Source of the DNA: an uncultured Actinomycetes bacterium
Lineage (GTDB): Bacteria; Actinomycetota; Acidimicrobiia; IMCC26256; JBBRZM01
DNA: 64,000 nt
Reading direction: 5' to 3'
Assembly (NCBI GenBank): GCA_963813635.1
Contig: CAWEZO010000011.1
Location: forward strand, 15,941 to 79,940
Below, in pieces: positions 19,569-27,694 of this stretch (position 1 is its first letter; each line of letters begins with the position of its first letter). Below the pieces are notes generated by a model. That model made no database searches. It had not been told where the DNA came from and saw nothing but the letters and a program-made list of their open reading frames with translations. A program made the translations under genes and the position numbers.

Positions 19569-20272
19569 CCGGATTCCAGCCCGTCCTCGTGTTTCCCGAT
19601 CCACCCGTTCCGCTGCTGGCGCAGACGCTCGACCTCGCCGGCTACCAGTGGAAGGCGGTCGCGAACGTGTCGGTAGCGACCCAGCACGAGCCGGCCGACG
19701 GCTGGGCGGGCGCGGTGGTCTGCGCCGACGACGACGCGGAAGGCGCGTTCGTCATCGCGCGAGCGTTGCGCAATCGCGACGCGCCGACGCCGATCCTCTT
19801 GCTCGTCACCGGCGCGCAGCTCGGGGAGCTGGAGCTCCGTGAAGATCTGTTCGACGACTTCTGCCTCTCGCCGTTCCACCCCCGGGAGCTCGAAGCGCGG
19901 GTGCGGCACATGTTCTGGCGAACGGGGCGGGGCGCGAGGCCCGAGGTCGTCGAGTACGGCGACCTGATGCTCAACCTCGAGACGTATCAAGCCGTGCTCA
20001 GCAGCCGTCCGCTCGACCTCACGTACATGGAGTACGAGCTGCTCAAGTTCTTCACGACGCACCCTGGCAAGGTCTTCACGCGCGAGCAGCTCCTGTCACG
20101 CGTGTGGGGCTACGAGTACTACGGCGGTGCGCGCACGGTCGACGTGCACGTGCGACGCCTGCGGGCGAAGCTCGGTGAGGAGCACGCGGGTCTGATCCAG
20201 ACGGTGCGGTCGGTGGGCTACCGGTTCGGCCAACCGCGTTGGGCACCGGGCAGTAGCGACACCGCCGAGTAG
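19565..20272 (+). CDS. glnR: OmpR/PhoB-family orphan response regulator, GlnR-like
   Basis: ATG 19565 overlaps the glnA2 stop (ATGA). Winged helix LTYMEYELLKFFTTHPGKVFTREQLLSRVWGYEYYGGARTVDVHVRRLRAKL...VRSVGYRF. The receiver-like N-terminus lacks the acidic pair and the conserved Lys (SPFHP). No kinase gene is adjacent. Confidence 0.6.
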   Translation: MTGFQPVLVFPDPPVPLLAQTLDLAGYQWKAVANVSVATQHEPADGWAGAVVCADDDAEGAFVIARALRNRDAPTPILLLVTGAQLGELELREDLFDDFCLSPFHPRELEARVRHMFWRTGRGARPEVVEYGDLMLNLETYQAVLSSRPLDLTYMEYELLKFFTTHPGKVFTREQLLSRVWGYEYYGGARTVDVHVRRLRAKLGEEHAGLIQTVRSVGYRFGQPRWAPGSSDTAE

Positions 20273-20429
20273 CCCTCGCGTTCAGGACTTCGGCGCTGTC
20301 CTCGGCACGGACCTCGGCATCGTCAACAAGCGACCACCCGATCACGGCGGTCCAGATCGCGCCGGCGAGCATCACCGCGACCGGCAGCACGATCAGCATG
20401 GCTATGACGATGAGCACGACTCCGGCCAT
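20076..20429 (-). CDS. Possible small membrane protein; 3' end uncertain
   Basis: Internal ATG 20429 of ORF 20076..20564 gives MAGVVLIVIAMLIVLPVAVMLAGAIWTAVIGWSLV (two hydrophobic helices). No clear RBS. As read, it overlaps the glnR 3' end by about 200 nt, so the true stop may differ. Confidence 0.25.
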   Translation of the reverse strand: MAGVVLIVIAMLIVLPVAVMLAGAIWTAVIGWSLVDDAEVRAEDSAEVLNARATRRCRYCPVPNAVGRTGSPPTAPSGSDPRAPHRASPAGVARARRPCAHRRSTRSPTRVTGAARA

Positions 20430-20448
20430 GGGCGGGAGCGTAACCGCT

Positions 20449-22158
20449 TCAGCGCCCGAGGGCTCGCGCCGCGCGGGTGGCGCGCGCGGGAAACGAGTCG
20501 GGCCGACCGCCGTTGCGTGCGAGCGCGTTCCACAGCGCCGATGCAACCGCTGCGAACACCGCATCGGAGCTACGCGGCAAAGGCGGCCCCGGCTCGTCGA
20601 GGATCGTCACCGTGATCGGAGGCGTGTCCTTCGCGCGGACGATGCCGAAGGAGCGGATCGTGAGATCGCGTACCTCGCCATCGGGTGCGATGGCCAGACC
20701 TTCCGTCAACACCCAGCCAAGTGCCATGTGGGACGCGCCGATGGCGTAGGAGCGAAGCACCACGGGGTCGAGCGGGTCACCGGCCGCGACCCGCACTTCG
20801 ATTCCCGTCACCGCGCCCGTGTCGCTCGCGACGGTCACACGGGCACCTGCGACCGCGCCGGCCCAGCTGGCCACACACGTGTCGAGCAAGACCGTGCCGG
20901 CGCGGTGGTCACGAAGCATCGCGTGCCGATCGACTCCCGCCTCGTGGAGCGCGCCTTCGACCAACACGGCCCGTTCCGCGAGGCCGACCGCGCGGAGGTG
21001 CGATGCCGTTGGCGGGCCCGGAACGTCGGTCGTCGCCCAGCGCTCGTCGACGGTCAGCGCGTACGGCCAGTCGATCCGGGTGAGAAACGCACTCGCATCA
21101 CCCGCAACGACCCCCCGCACAGTCACATTCGCGCCGTTGCACACTGCCGACGCGGCGATTGGTGGGCGCTTCGGTCCGAGACGCACGACGTCTTCGCGTG
21201 CGAGCACCACGCGTACCGCTCGACCATGACGGTCCCCGAGCTCGCGCGCGGCCTCGGTGACGGACGACGCCTCCTTCCCGCCGAACGCGCCGCCATTCGC
21301 CAAAGGTGACGCCGGCTTTCCGCCGGGCTCGCACCACGACGCATCGGGCTCGAGATACGCCGGCTCCACCCAACTCGTCGCGAGCCGGACGCCGCCGGAC
21401 GGTTGATCGGGCAATGGAAGCGGTGGCCGTTCGTCGATCGTCGTGCGCCGCCCTTGAACTTTCGCCGCGCGGGCGCGCGCCTCATGAAGCGATGGCGCGA
21501 CGACCCATTGCAGGCCCGCGGCAGCTTCGCTGTCGACCTCGGCGTCCGGTGACGCGGGGACCGCGACGAGCGCGTCGCGTGGCGCACAGTCGTCGGCGAA
21601 GCCGCCCGCACCGAGCGGCACGTCGCTCGCGACGCGTTGCGCCACGCCACCCTCCAGAGCTGCTCGCGCCGCCGCGGCATCGAGATCGCGGTCGGGCCGC
21701 GACGAGTTTCCCGGATTCTCGATGGCCTCGTAGATCGTCTGCCAGCCGGTGCACCGACACAGATGCGCTGCCAGCGCGCGGTCGAGCGCCGCCCGCGCCT
21801 GCGGACCGTTCGTCAGGAGCGCCGCGGCGCGCATGACGATCCCCGGCGTGCAGAAGCCACATTGCGAACCCCCGCTCGCGACAAACGCCGAGGCAAGCCG
21901 GCCGCGCCGTTCGGGCTCGAGTCCTTCGAGCGTGGTGATCACCCGGCCTGAGACCCGCAGCGCGGGCGTGACGCAGGCGACGCGCGCGCTGCCATCGACC
22001 AGCACCGTGCAGCATCCGCATTGGCCCTGCGGGGCGCAGCCGTCCTTGGGTGAAAGAATGCCGAGCCGCTCCCGCAACACCGAGAGGAGCGACTCGCCGG
22101 CCGCGACTTCCACATCCACAGGCACGTCGTTGCAGATGAAGCTGACCCGACCAGACAT
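20449..22158 (-). CDS. Xanthine-dehydrogenase-family fusion: [2Fe-2S] CoxS-like N-terminus plus a strongly shortened molybdopterin-subunit-like region
   Basis: Start set to ATG 22158, with GGAGG about 6 nt upstream. Motifs CAPQGQCGCCTV, GSQCGFCTPG, CRCTGW. After these, only fragments of the large subunit are recognisable (YLEPDASW, GGAFGGK, RSYAIGASHMALGWVLTEGL, RSFGIV) within about 415 aa. Confidence 0.6.
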   Translation of the reverse strand: MSGRVSFICNDVPVDVEVAAGESLLSVLRERLGILSPKDGCAPQGQCGCCTVLVDGSARVACVTPALRVSGRVITTLEGLEPERRGRLASAFVASGGSQCGFCTPGIVMRAAALLTNGPQARAALDRALAAHLCRCTGWQTIYEAIENPGNSSRPDRDLDAAAARAALEGGVAQRVASDVPLGAGGFADDCAPRDALVAVPASPDAEVDSEAAAGLQWVVAPSLHEARARAAKVQGRRTTIDERPPLPLPDQPSGGVRLATSWVEPAYLEPDASWCEPGGKPASPLANGGAFGGKEASSVTEAARELGDRHGRAVRVVLAREDVVRLGPKRPPIAASAVCNGANVTVRGVVAGDASAFLTRIDWPYALTVDERWATTDVPGPPTASHLRAVGLAERAVLVEGALHEAGVDRHAMLRDHRAGTVLLDTCVASWAGAVAGARVTVASDTGAVTGIEVRVAAGDPLDPVVLRSYAIGASHMALGWVLTEGLAIAPDGEVRDLTIRSFGIVRAKDTPPITVTILDEPGPPLPRSSDAVFAAVASALWNALARNGGRPDSFPARATRAARALGR

Positions 22159-22201
22159 CGCAACCTCCGGAAGGCAGGATAGGAGCGTGCCCGATCTCCC
22201 G

Positions 22202-23044
22202 ATGAGTCGACGCTCGTTCCTCGTCGCGGCCGGCGGCGCCGTGACGCTCGCCGCGTGCGGCGGTGGAAGCGCAACGCGCGCGCGTCGCTCGACTCCACAG
22301 GCGAAGGGGCTCAGCGCCGGGCTGCTCGCCACTGACCTCTACGCATCCCCGCAACCACAACGGTTCGCGTTCGCGCTGCGCCAGGGCGCCGAGTTCGCGT
22401 CCGGCCCTCCCGCCCGCATCGCGTTTCAGCCCCCCAACGGCACCCTCAGCACGTTTCAGGACACGGTGCTGCACGCCAACGGCCTGCCCGAGAACCGGGG
22501 CGTGTACACAGCACCCGTCGTGCTCGCCACTGCGGGCACCTGGGGCGCGGCGGTGGAGGTCAACGGCAAGGCCGCGCCAATCGCCTTCATGGTCGCGGCC
22601 ACAACCGACGTGCCCATCCCCGGCACCCCTGCCCCGCGCGCGGCCTCACCGACACATGCCGACACGCTGGGCGTCGACCCGATCTGCACGCGAGTGCCGG
22701 AGTGCCCGCTGCACACCGTGTCCCTCGACACGGTGATCGGCGCGGGCAAGCCGGTGGCCGTGATGTTCGCGACGCCGGCACGCTGCCAGTCACGATACTG
22801 CGGACCCGTTCTCGACGACCTCCTCACGATCACCGGCGCCTACGCGGACCGCATCACCTTCGTGCACGTCGAGATATACAAGAGCGATACCGGCACCGAG
22901 CTCGTGCCGACCGTCGACGCCTGGCACCTCGCCAGCGAGCCGTGGCTGTTCGGCGTCAACGCGCAGGGCACAGTCGTGTCGCGACTCGACGGGGCGTTCG
23001 GCAGCGACGAGATGAAGACGCTGCTCGACGCGCTCGTCGTCTGA
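22202..23044 (+). CDS. Tat-signal lipoprotein with C-terminal thioredoxin-like domain
   Basis: Start set to ATG 22202. MSRRSFLVAAGGAVTLAACGG combines a twin-arginine motif with a lipobox. The C-terminal region KPVAVMFATPARCQSRYCGPVLDDL...FVHVEIY resembles a TlpA/redoxin fold with an unusual C-x4-C. Confidence 0.55.
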   Translation: MSRRSFLVAAGGAVTLAACGGGSATRARRSTPQAKGLSAGLLATDLYASPQPQRFAFALRQGAEFASGPPARIAFQPPNGTLSTFQDTVLHANGLPENRGVYTAPVVLATAGTWGAAVEVNGKAAPIAFMVAATTDVPIPGTPAPRAASPTHADTLGVDPICTRVPECPLHTVSLDTVIGAGKPVAVMFATPARCQSRYCGPVLDDLLTITGAYADRITFVHVEIYKSDTGTELVPTVDAWHLASEPWLFGVNAQGTVVSRLDGAFGSDEMKTLLDALVV

Positions 23045-23045
23045 G

Positions 23046-24158
23046 CTAGCCGCGCAGCGCGGTCGCCATGCGCTGATCGACCTTCTGCACGATCGCGTTG
23101 CGATCCGCGTCGGATATCGGGGCACCGGTCGAGCGGAACACCAGCTGCTCGACTGCACGACCGTGGCGTATCACGACGTCGTCGACGGTGACGCCGTTCT
23201 GCACAACCCGGAACGCGTGGACTTCGTCACCGAGCTTCGGCGCCGCGAGCGGGCTGACCGCGAGTGCCGCCTCGCCCCGCGGACCGGCGACGACCTCACC
23301 AACGGCCGCGGGATAGCACGTACCGCCCGCCACGCGCATGAACGCCTGGGCGTGTGCCGGGTCCGCCTGCACGGTCACGTCGGAGACCAGCGAATTGGTG
23401 CCGGTCTCGTCGTTGTGCGTGACGCTCGTATGGTCACCGTTGGCACCCACCAGCTTCGCCTCGGCCGGCGTTTGACAGTGCCGGACCTGGCCAAGCAGAT
23501 CGAACTGCGGCGCCGGACCCTGCGACGCGCGTCTGACCTCGACCGACCAGTTCGCCGGAACGTCGTCGAGCGACGCGACCATCGCCGCCGCCGTGGAGCT
23601 CCGACCCGCCTGCGATGCAGGGCCTGAGCTGCCGCCGCCGAGCATGCTCATGGCGAAGATCACCGCCGCGCCGGCCGCGACCACGATGATGACGATGATC
23701 AGGATCAAGCTCTGGCGGCTGACGGCGTCGCGCTTGAGGACGCGGGTGGCGGGCTGCGCGGTGTCCGGCGGAGCGGCAGGACGAGGAGCCTTGATGATCA
23801 TCGACGAATCGCGAGCCGGCCTCGCACCCGGCGCGTTCGGCGGCCCGGTCGGCGGCCCGGTCGGCGGTGCGGGGGCTGCCGACGGAACCGCGGCACTCGG
23901 CGGTGCGGAGGCTGCCGACGGAACCGCGGCACTCGGCGGTGCGGAGGCTGCCGACGGAACCGCGGCACTCGGCGGTGCGGAGGCTGCCGACGGAGGCGCC
24001 GGCACGATGGGCGCATCCGGAGCTGCGGGAGGCGCGTCGAAGGACAGTTCCACCGTTTCCAACTCGGGTCCCGGCAGGCGGCTATGACAGAGCCAGCACT
24101 CGCGATCTCCGACATGGACATACGTGTCGCATGACGGACACCGCATGCTCACGCTCAT
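23046..24158 (-). CDS. Zn-ribbon / Pro-Ala repeat / single-TM protein with an extracytoplasmic domain of unknown function
   Basis: 370-aa ORF. N-terminal CPSCDTYVHVGDRECWLC. Triple repeat SAASAPPSAAVP. TM helix LILIIVIIVVAAGAAVIFAMSML. C-terminal domain of about 190 aa with no motif I recognise. Confidence 0.6.
   Translation of the reverse strand: MSVSMRCPSCDTYVHVGDRECWLCHSRLPGPELETVELSFDAPPAAPDAPIVPAPPSAASAPPSAAVPSAASAPPSAAVPSAASAPPSAAVPSAAPAPPTGPPTGPPNAPGARPARDSSMIIKAPRPAAPPDTAQPATRVLKRDAVSRQSLILIIVIIVVAAGAAVIFAMSMLGGGSSGPASQAGRSSTAAAMVASLDDVPANWSVEVRRASQGPAPQFDLLGQVRHCQTPAEAKLVGANGDHTSVTHNDETGTNSLVSDVTVQADPAHAQAFMRVAGGTCYPAAVGEVVAGPRGEAALAVSPLAAPKLGDEVHAFRVVQNGVTVDDVVIRHGRAVEQLVFRSTGAPISDADRNAIVQKVDQRMATALRG
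23866..23995. repeat. 36-bp in-frame tandem repeat, 3.6 copies, inside the Zn-ribbon gene
   Basis: GGTGCGGAGGCTGCCGACGGAACCGCGGCACTCGGC at 23902-23937 and 23938-23973 are identical. 23866-23901 has one mismatch. A partial copy spans 23974-23995. Confidence 0.9.
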
Positions 24159-24241
24159 CGTCCCTGCCTGGCTTTCCGAGATCCGGTCCGAAGTGTACCA
24201 GAATGCGGCTTTGTCCGTTCACCACCGGACGGTGGACGCGT

Positions 24242-24589
24242 TCAGGAAAACGACTGTCCGCAGCCGCAGCTGCGCTCGGCGTTGGGGTTCGTCACGGCAA
24301 ACCCCGCGCCCTGGAGGCCGTCCTTGTAATCGAGCGACGCGCCGCCGAGATGCTGCACGCTCGCGGGGTCGATGACCACCTTGACGCCGCTCTGCTCGGT
24401 GACCACATCGTCGGCAGCGACATCGGTGTCGAAGAACATCTCGTAGCTGAGACCCGAGCAGCCGCCTGGACGCACGGCCACACGCAGCACGAGGTCGGTG
24501 TTGTCTTCAGCCTCGAGCAGGCTCTTCACCTTGGCCGTGGCCGCGTCGGTGAGCGTGAACACGGTGCTGGCGTCTTGCACTTGGAACAT
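24242..24589 (-). CDS. erpA: Iron-sulfur cluster insertion protein (HesB/IscA/ErpA family)
   Basis: 115-aa ORF. LRVAVRPGGCSGLSYEMFFD and the C-terminal CGCGQSFS are the three Cys ligands of A-type carriers. Confidence 0.9.
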   Translation of the reverse strand: MFQVQDASTVFTLTDAATAKVKSLLEAEDNTDLVLRVAVRPGGCSGLSYEMFFDTDVAADDVVTEQSGVKVVIDPASVQHLGGASLDYKDGLQGAGFAVTNPNAERSCGCGQSFS

Positions 24590-24613
24590 GTGGTCCTCCG
24601 GACGTTTCAGGTC

Positions 24614-25303
24614 TTAAGCGTAGTCAACAGCCACCGTCACGTGGCACGGCTCCGGGTCGTACAACGTGGCGAACTCCTCGACTGTTCCCCCGCCGACCTG
24701 GTCGACCACCCCTTCGCAGAGGCCACGATGCAGGTGGCACACCAGCTCGGGATAGGCCTCGGCCAGCTCCCGGAAGGGGCAATGGAGGAACTCGATGCGG
24801 GCACCGCCCCCCTCGCCGGCGGCCGCAGTGGGCTCCGACCCTGGTTGTGAGGGCTCCGTCGCAGGCTCGAACCCCAGCTTCGTGAGCTCGTTCTCGAGCG
24901 CACGCAAACAGCTGCGACTGCGGGTACGTCGACCCGCCTCGGCGCCCCACGCGTAGCCCGTATCGGCGGCGTCGTCTCCGTCGGCACCGATACGCTCGGC
25001 CATCGCGGCAAGCAGCCCGGCAAGCAAGGCGTGCGCGGGTGGATCGAAGCCGAGTCCCGGCGTGCCGGCGGCGAGAAAATAGAGGTGCTGAGGCCGCCCG
25101 ACTGTGCCGCGGTGCACCGCCTCCACATCGACGAGCCCGGCCTCGCGGAGCCGCTCGAGGTGCAGACGGACGGTGTTGGCATGGAGCCCGAGCCGATCGG
25201 CGAGCTCCTGGGCGGAGAGCGCAGCGGTGGAACCCGCAAGCTCTCGGTACATCGCGAAGCGCGTCTCGTCCCCGAGCGCCTTCATCAAGGTCAACGGATC
25301 CAT
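24614..25303 (-). CDS. ArsR/SufR-like winged-helix regulator with Cys-rich C-terminal sensor domain
   Basis: Start set to ATG 25303. MDPLTLMKALGDETRFAMYRELAG...SAQELADRLGLHANTVRLHLERLREAGLV is the HTH. C-terminal Cys residues occur in LHCPF, LVCHLHRGLCEG and EPCHV. Directly upstream of erpA on the same strand. Confidence 0.65.
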   Translation of the reverse strand: MDPLTLMKALGDETRFAMYRELAGSTAALSAQELADRLGLHANTVRLHLERLREAGLVDVEAVHRGTVGRPQHLYFLAAGTPGLGFDPPAHALLAGLLAAMAERIGADGDDAADTGYAWGAEAGRRTRSRSCLRALENELTKLGFEPATEPSQPGSEPTAAAGEGGGARIEFLHCPFRELAEAYPELVCHLHRGLCEGVVDQVGGGTVEEFATLYDPEPCHVTVAVDYA

Positions 25304-25311
25304 AATCGAAA

Positions 25312-25345
25312 CTTGAAGGTACCGCCGATCCGGCATATTTTCAAG
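25312..25345. promoter_or_regulatory. Candidate operator: nested inverted repeat in the AT-richer divergent region between the regulator and apbC
   Basis: CTTGAA (25312-25317) ... TTCAAG (25340-25345) enclose GCCG-atc-CGGC. The region 25304-25407 is visibly less GC-rich than its flanks. Confidence 0.35.
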
Positions 25346-25407
25346 GCGGAGCCTGTTTTTATTGAGGTGCGGCGCCGAAGTCGCCGCCACTCGCGCTCGA
25401 GGAGCTC

Positions 25408-26661
25408 ATGGACCCGACCATCGAACACATCGATCCCGACGATCCCGAGGCGCCCGCACGCGTCTCCGGACCGCCGCCGTCCGGGGAGCAGGTCATGCGC
25501 ATGCTCGAGGGCGTCGAAGATCCCGAGCTGCACGCGAGCATCGTCGAGCTCGGCATGGTGTCCGACGTCAAGGTCGACAGCGACGGCGCCGTCGCGGTCA
25601 AAGTCGCGCTCACGACCGCGGGCTGCCCGTTGCGGAGCCAGATCCAAAAGGACGTGGAGTCGAAGGTACGCGGCTTGCCCGGTGTCAGCGCCGTCTCCGT
25701 CGAGTACGGCGAGATGACGGCCGAGCAGCGCAGCGCCACCATGCAGCGCGCGCGCTGGAACGCACGCGAGAACGCACCGGACACCGAGATCCAGTCCAGT
25801 ACACGCGTCCTCGCGATTGCGAGCGGGAAGGGTGGTGTCGGCAAGTCGTCGGTCACAGTGAACCTTGCGGTCGCGCTCGCCGCGCAGGGCCGCTCGATCG
25901 GCGTGCTCGACGCCGACATCTGGGGCTTCAGCGTGCCGCGGATGCTGGGCGTCGAAGGACGGCTCGGCGGCACCGGCGGCAAGATCGAGCCCAACGTGGT
26001 CGAGGTACCCAACCTCGACGATCCCGCCGCCCCCGCGGGCACGGTCAAGGTCGTGTCGATGGGCTTCCTCGTCGACGACGAGAGCACCGCGCTGATGTGG
26101 CGCGGCTTGATCCTGTCGAAAGCCCTCGAGCAGTTCCTGACCGACGTGCGCTGGGGCGAGCTCGATTACCTCTTGATCGACATGCCGCCGGGCACCGGCG
26201 ATATCCAGATGGCACTCTCCCGGCTGCTGCCGCGGACTGAGCTGCTCGTCGTCACCACTCCCGCGCTCGCGGCCCAGAAGGTCGCGACACGTGTCGCCGA
26301 CATGGCGCGCCGCAGCTACCTGAAGGTGACGGGCGTGGTCGAGAACATGAGCGAGTTCGTCGCGCCCGACGGCTCTCGACACCCGATCTTCGGTGTGGGC
26401 GGTGGCGATGCGCTCGCACGCGAGATCGGCGCGCCACTCGTGGGCCGAGTCCCGATCGAGGCCAACGTATCGCGCGGCGGCGACACCGGCCGGCCCGCAG
26501 TGCTCGACCATCCCGACAGCGCGGCCGGTCTCGAGTTCCGGCGAATCGCCCGGAGGATCGTCGACGAGCTGTTGCCGCCGGTGGAGATGGCGGGATGCAC
26601 CGCTCGCATCTTCGAGATCGCGGCTGCCGGCCTCGCGGAGAAGGACGCGGCGCGCTCCTGA
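25408..26661 (+). CDS. apbC: Fe-S cluster carrier ATPase Mrp/ApbC/NBP35 with N-terminal DUF59 domain
   Basis: 417-aa ORF. VEDPELHASIVELGMV (DUF59-like), Walker A ASGKGGVGKSS, DMPPGTGD. Confidence 0.9.
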   Translation: MDPTIEHIDPDDPEAPARVSGPPPSGEQVMRMLEGVEDPELHASIVELGMVSDVKVDSDGAVAVKVALTTAGCPLRSQIQKDVESKVRGLPGVSAVSVEYGEMTAEQRSATMQRARWNARENAPDTEIQSSTRVLAIASGKGGVGKSSVTVNLAVALAAQGRSIGVLDADIWGFSVPRMLGVEGRLGGTGGKIEPNVVEVPNLDDPAAPAGTVKVVSMGFLVDDESTALMWRGLILSKALEQFLTDVRWGELDYLLIDMPPGTGDIQMALSRLLPRTELLVVTTPALAAQKVATRVADMARRSYLKVTGVVENMSEFVAPDGSRHPIFGVGGGDALAREIGAPLVGRVPIEANVSRGGDTGRPAVLDHPDSAAGLEFRRIARRIVDELLPPVEMAGCTARIFEIAAAGLAEKDAARS

Positions 26662-26701
26662 ACGTCAGTCGTCGAGGCGCATCGCGCCTTGCGCAGACTC
26701 A

Positions 26702-27529
26702 CTAGGCGAGCTTCCAGGACGACTTGGCGTCGCGCCCGGTCACCTTTCCCTGCCCCCGCAGCTTCACCAGGTGCGCGTAGACCTGCCAGCTCGCCGGTTC
26801 TCGGAGCGCGGCGGGCGCGTCGGCGTAGATCCGCTGCACGATCTCGTCGACCTTTGCGGGACCGGTGTTGAGCACCTTGAGAATCTGGCGCTCGCGACTG
26901 GCGCGGTGCTTGAGGTAGTCGTCGATGACGGCCTTCGGCTCCTCGATCACGTCGCCGTGGCCGGGACAGATCCGTGCGAGCCGCCGCACCTTCTTGAGCC
27001 GGTTGAGCGTTTGCAGGTACTCGGCCATGTCGCCGCCGCGTTGCGGTGAGATCACCGAGTACATCCCCTCGAGAATCGTGTCACCCGTGAACAGCACACG
27101 CTCCTCTTCCAGGAGGAAGCAGAGGTGGTTGGGCGTGTGTCCGGGCGTGTGAAGCGCTTCGAGGCCCCACTCGGTACCGTCGATCACCTCGCCGTCGGCA
27201 ATCGTGCGGTCGACGTGGCCGTACGGCTCACGCTTCGAGAACGCGAGCACTTCGGCGCCAGTCGCCTTCACCAAGCGGCGCGTGCCGGGCGAGTGATCCG
27301 GATGCGTGTGGGTGAGCAGCACCCAACGCACGCGCTCCTTCATGGACGCGCCGACGATCGCCTCGATGTGGCGCTTGTCGTCGGGACCGGGGTCGATCAC
27401 CGCCACTTCGTCGATGCCGACGAGATATGTGTTGGTGCCGGGGCCGGTCATGGGATTCGCGTTGGGTGCCACGATCCGGCGCACGAGCGGCGACAGCGCG
27501 CTCGGAACACCCGGTGTGAGGTCGGGCAT
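26702..27529 (-). CDS. MBL-fold metallo-hydrolase
   Basis: Start set to ATG 27529 (MPDLTPGVPS...). Motifs LTHTHPDHSPG and HTPGHTPNH. The rest of ORF 26702..29107 is antisense to selA. Confidence 0.85.
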   Translation of the reverse strand: MPDLTPGVPSALSPLVRRIVAPNANPMTGPGTNTYLVGIDEVAVIDPGPDDKRHIEAIVGASMKERVRWVLLTHTHPDHSPGTRRLVKATGAEVLAFSKREPYGHVDRTIADGEVIDGTEWGLEALHTPGHTPNHLCFLLEEERVLFTGDTILEGMYSVISPQRGGDMAEYLQTLNRLKKVRRLARICPGHGDVIEEPKAVIDDYLKHRASRERQILKVLNTGPAKVDEIVQRIYADAPAALREPASWQVYAHLVKLRGQGKVTGRDAKSSWKLA

Positions 27530-27694
27530 CAGGTACCCCCTTCGCGCCGGGTCACGAACGGCGACCTGCGCGTGAAGGCCGAGCCCGGCGCGACAGCGAT
27601 AAAGGAAGAGGAGAGACGGCGGTGCACGACTCTCTATTCTACGTGGCTCCGCGGGGCCGCCCCTTTCGTCATTGCCGAGCCCTACGCTGCAGCG

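Noticed and set aside
20449-23044. Selenium-dependent molybdenum hydroxylase or an in-frame-UGA selenoprotein near the XDH-like and thioredoxin-like genes
   Set aside because: Both genes read through as uninterrupted ORFs with Cys, not TGA, at the candidate redox positions. No SECIS-like hairpin after a TGA was seen. Linking them to selA/selB 5 kb away would be pure speculation.
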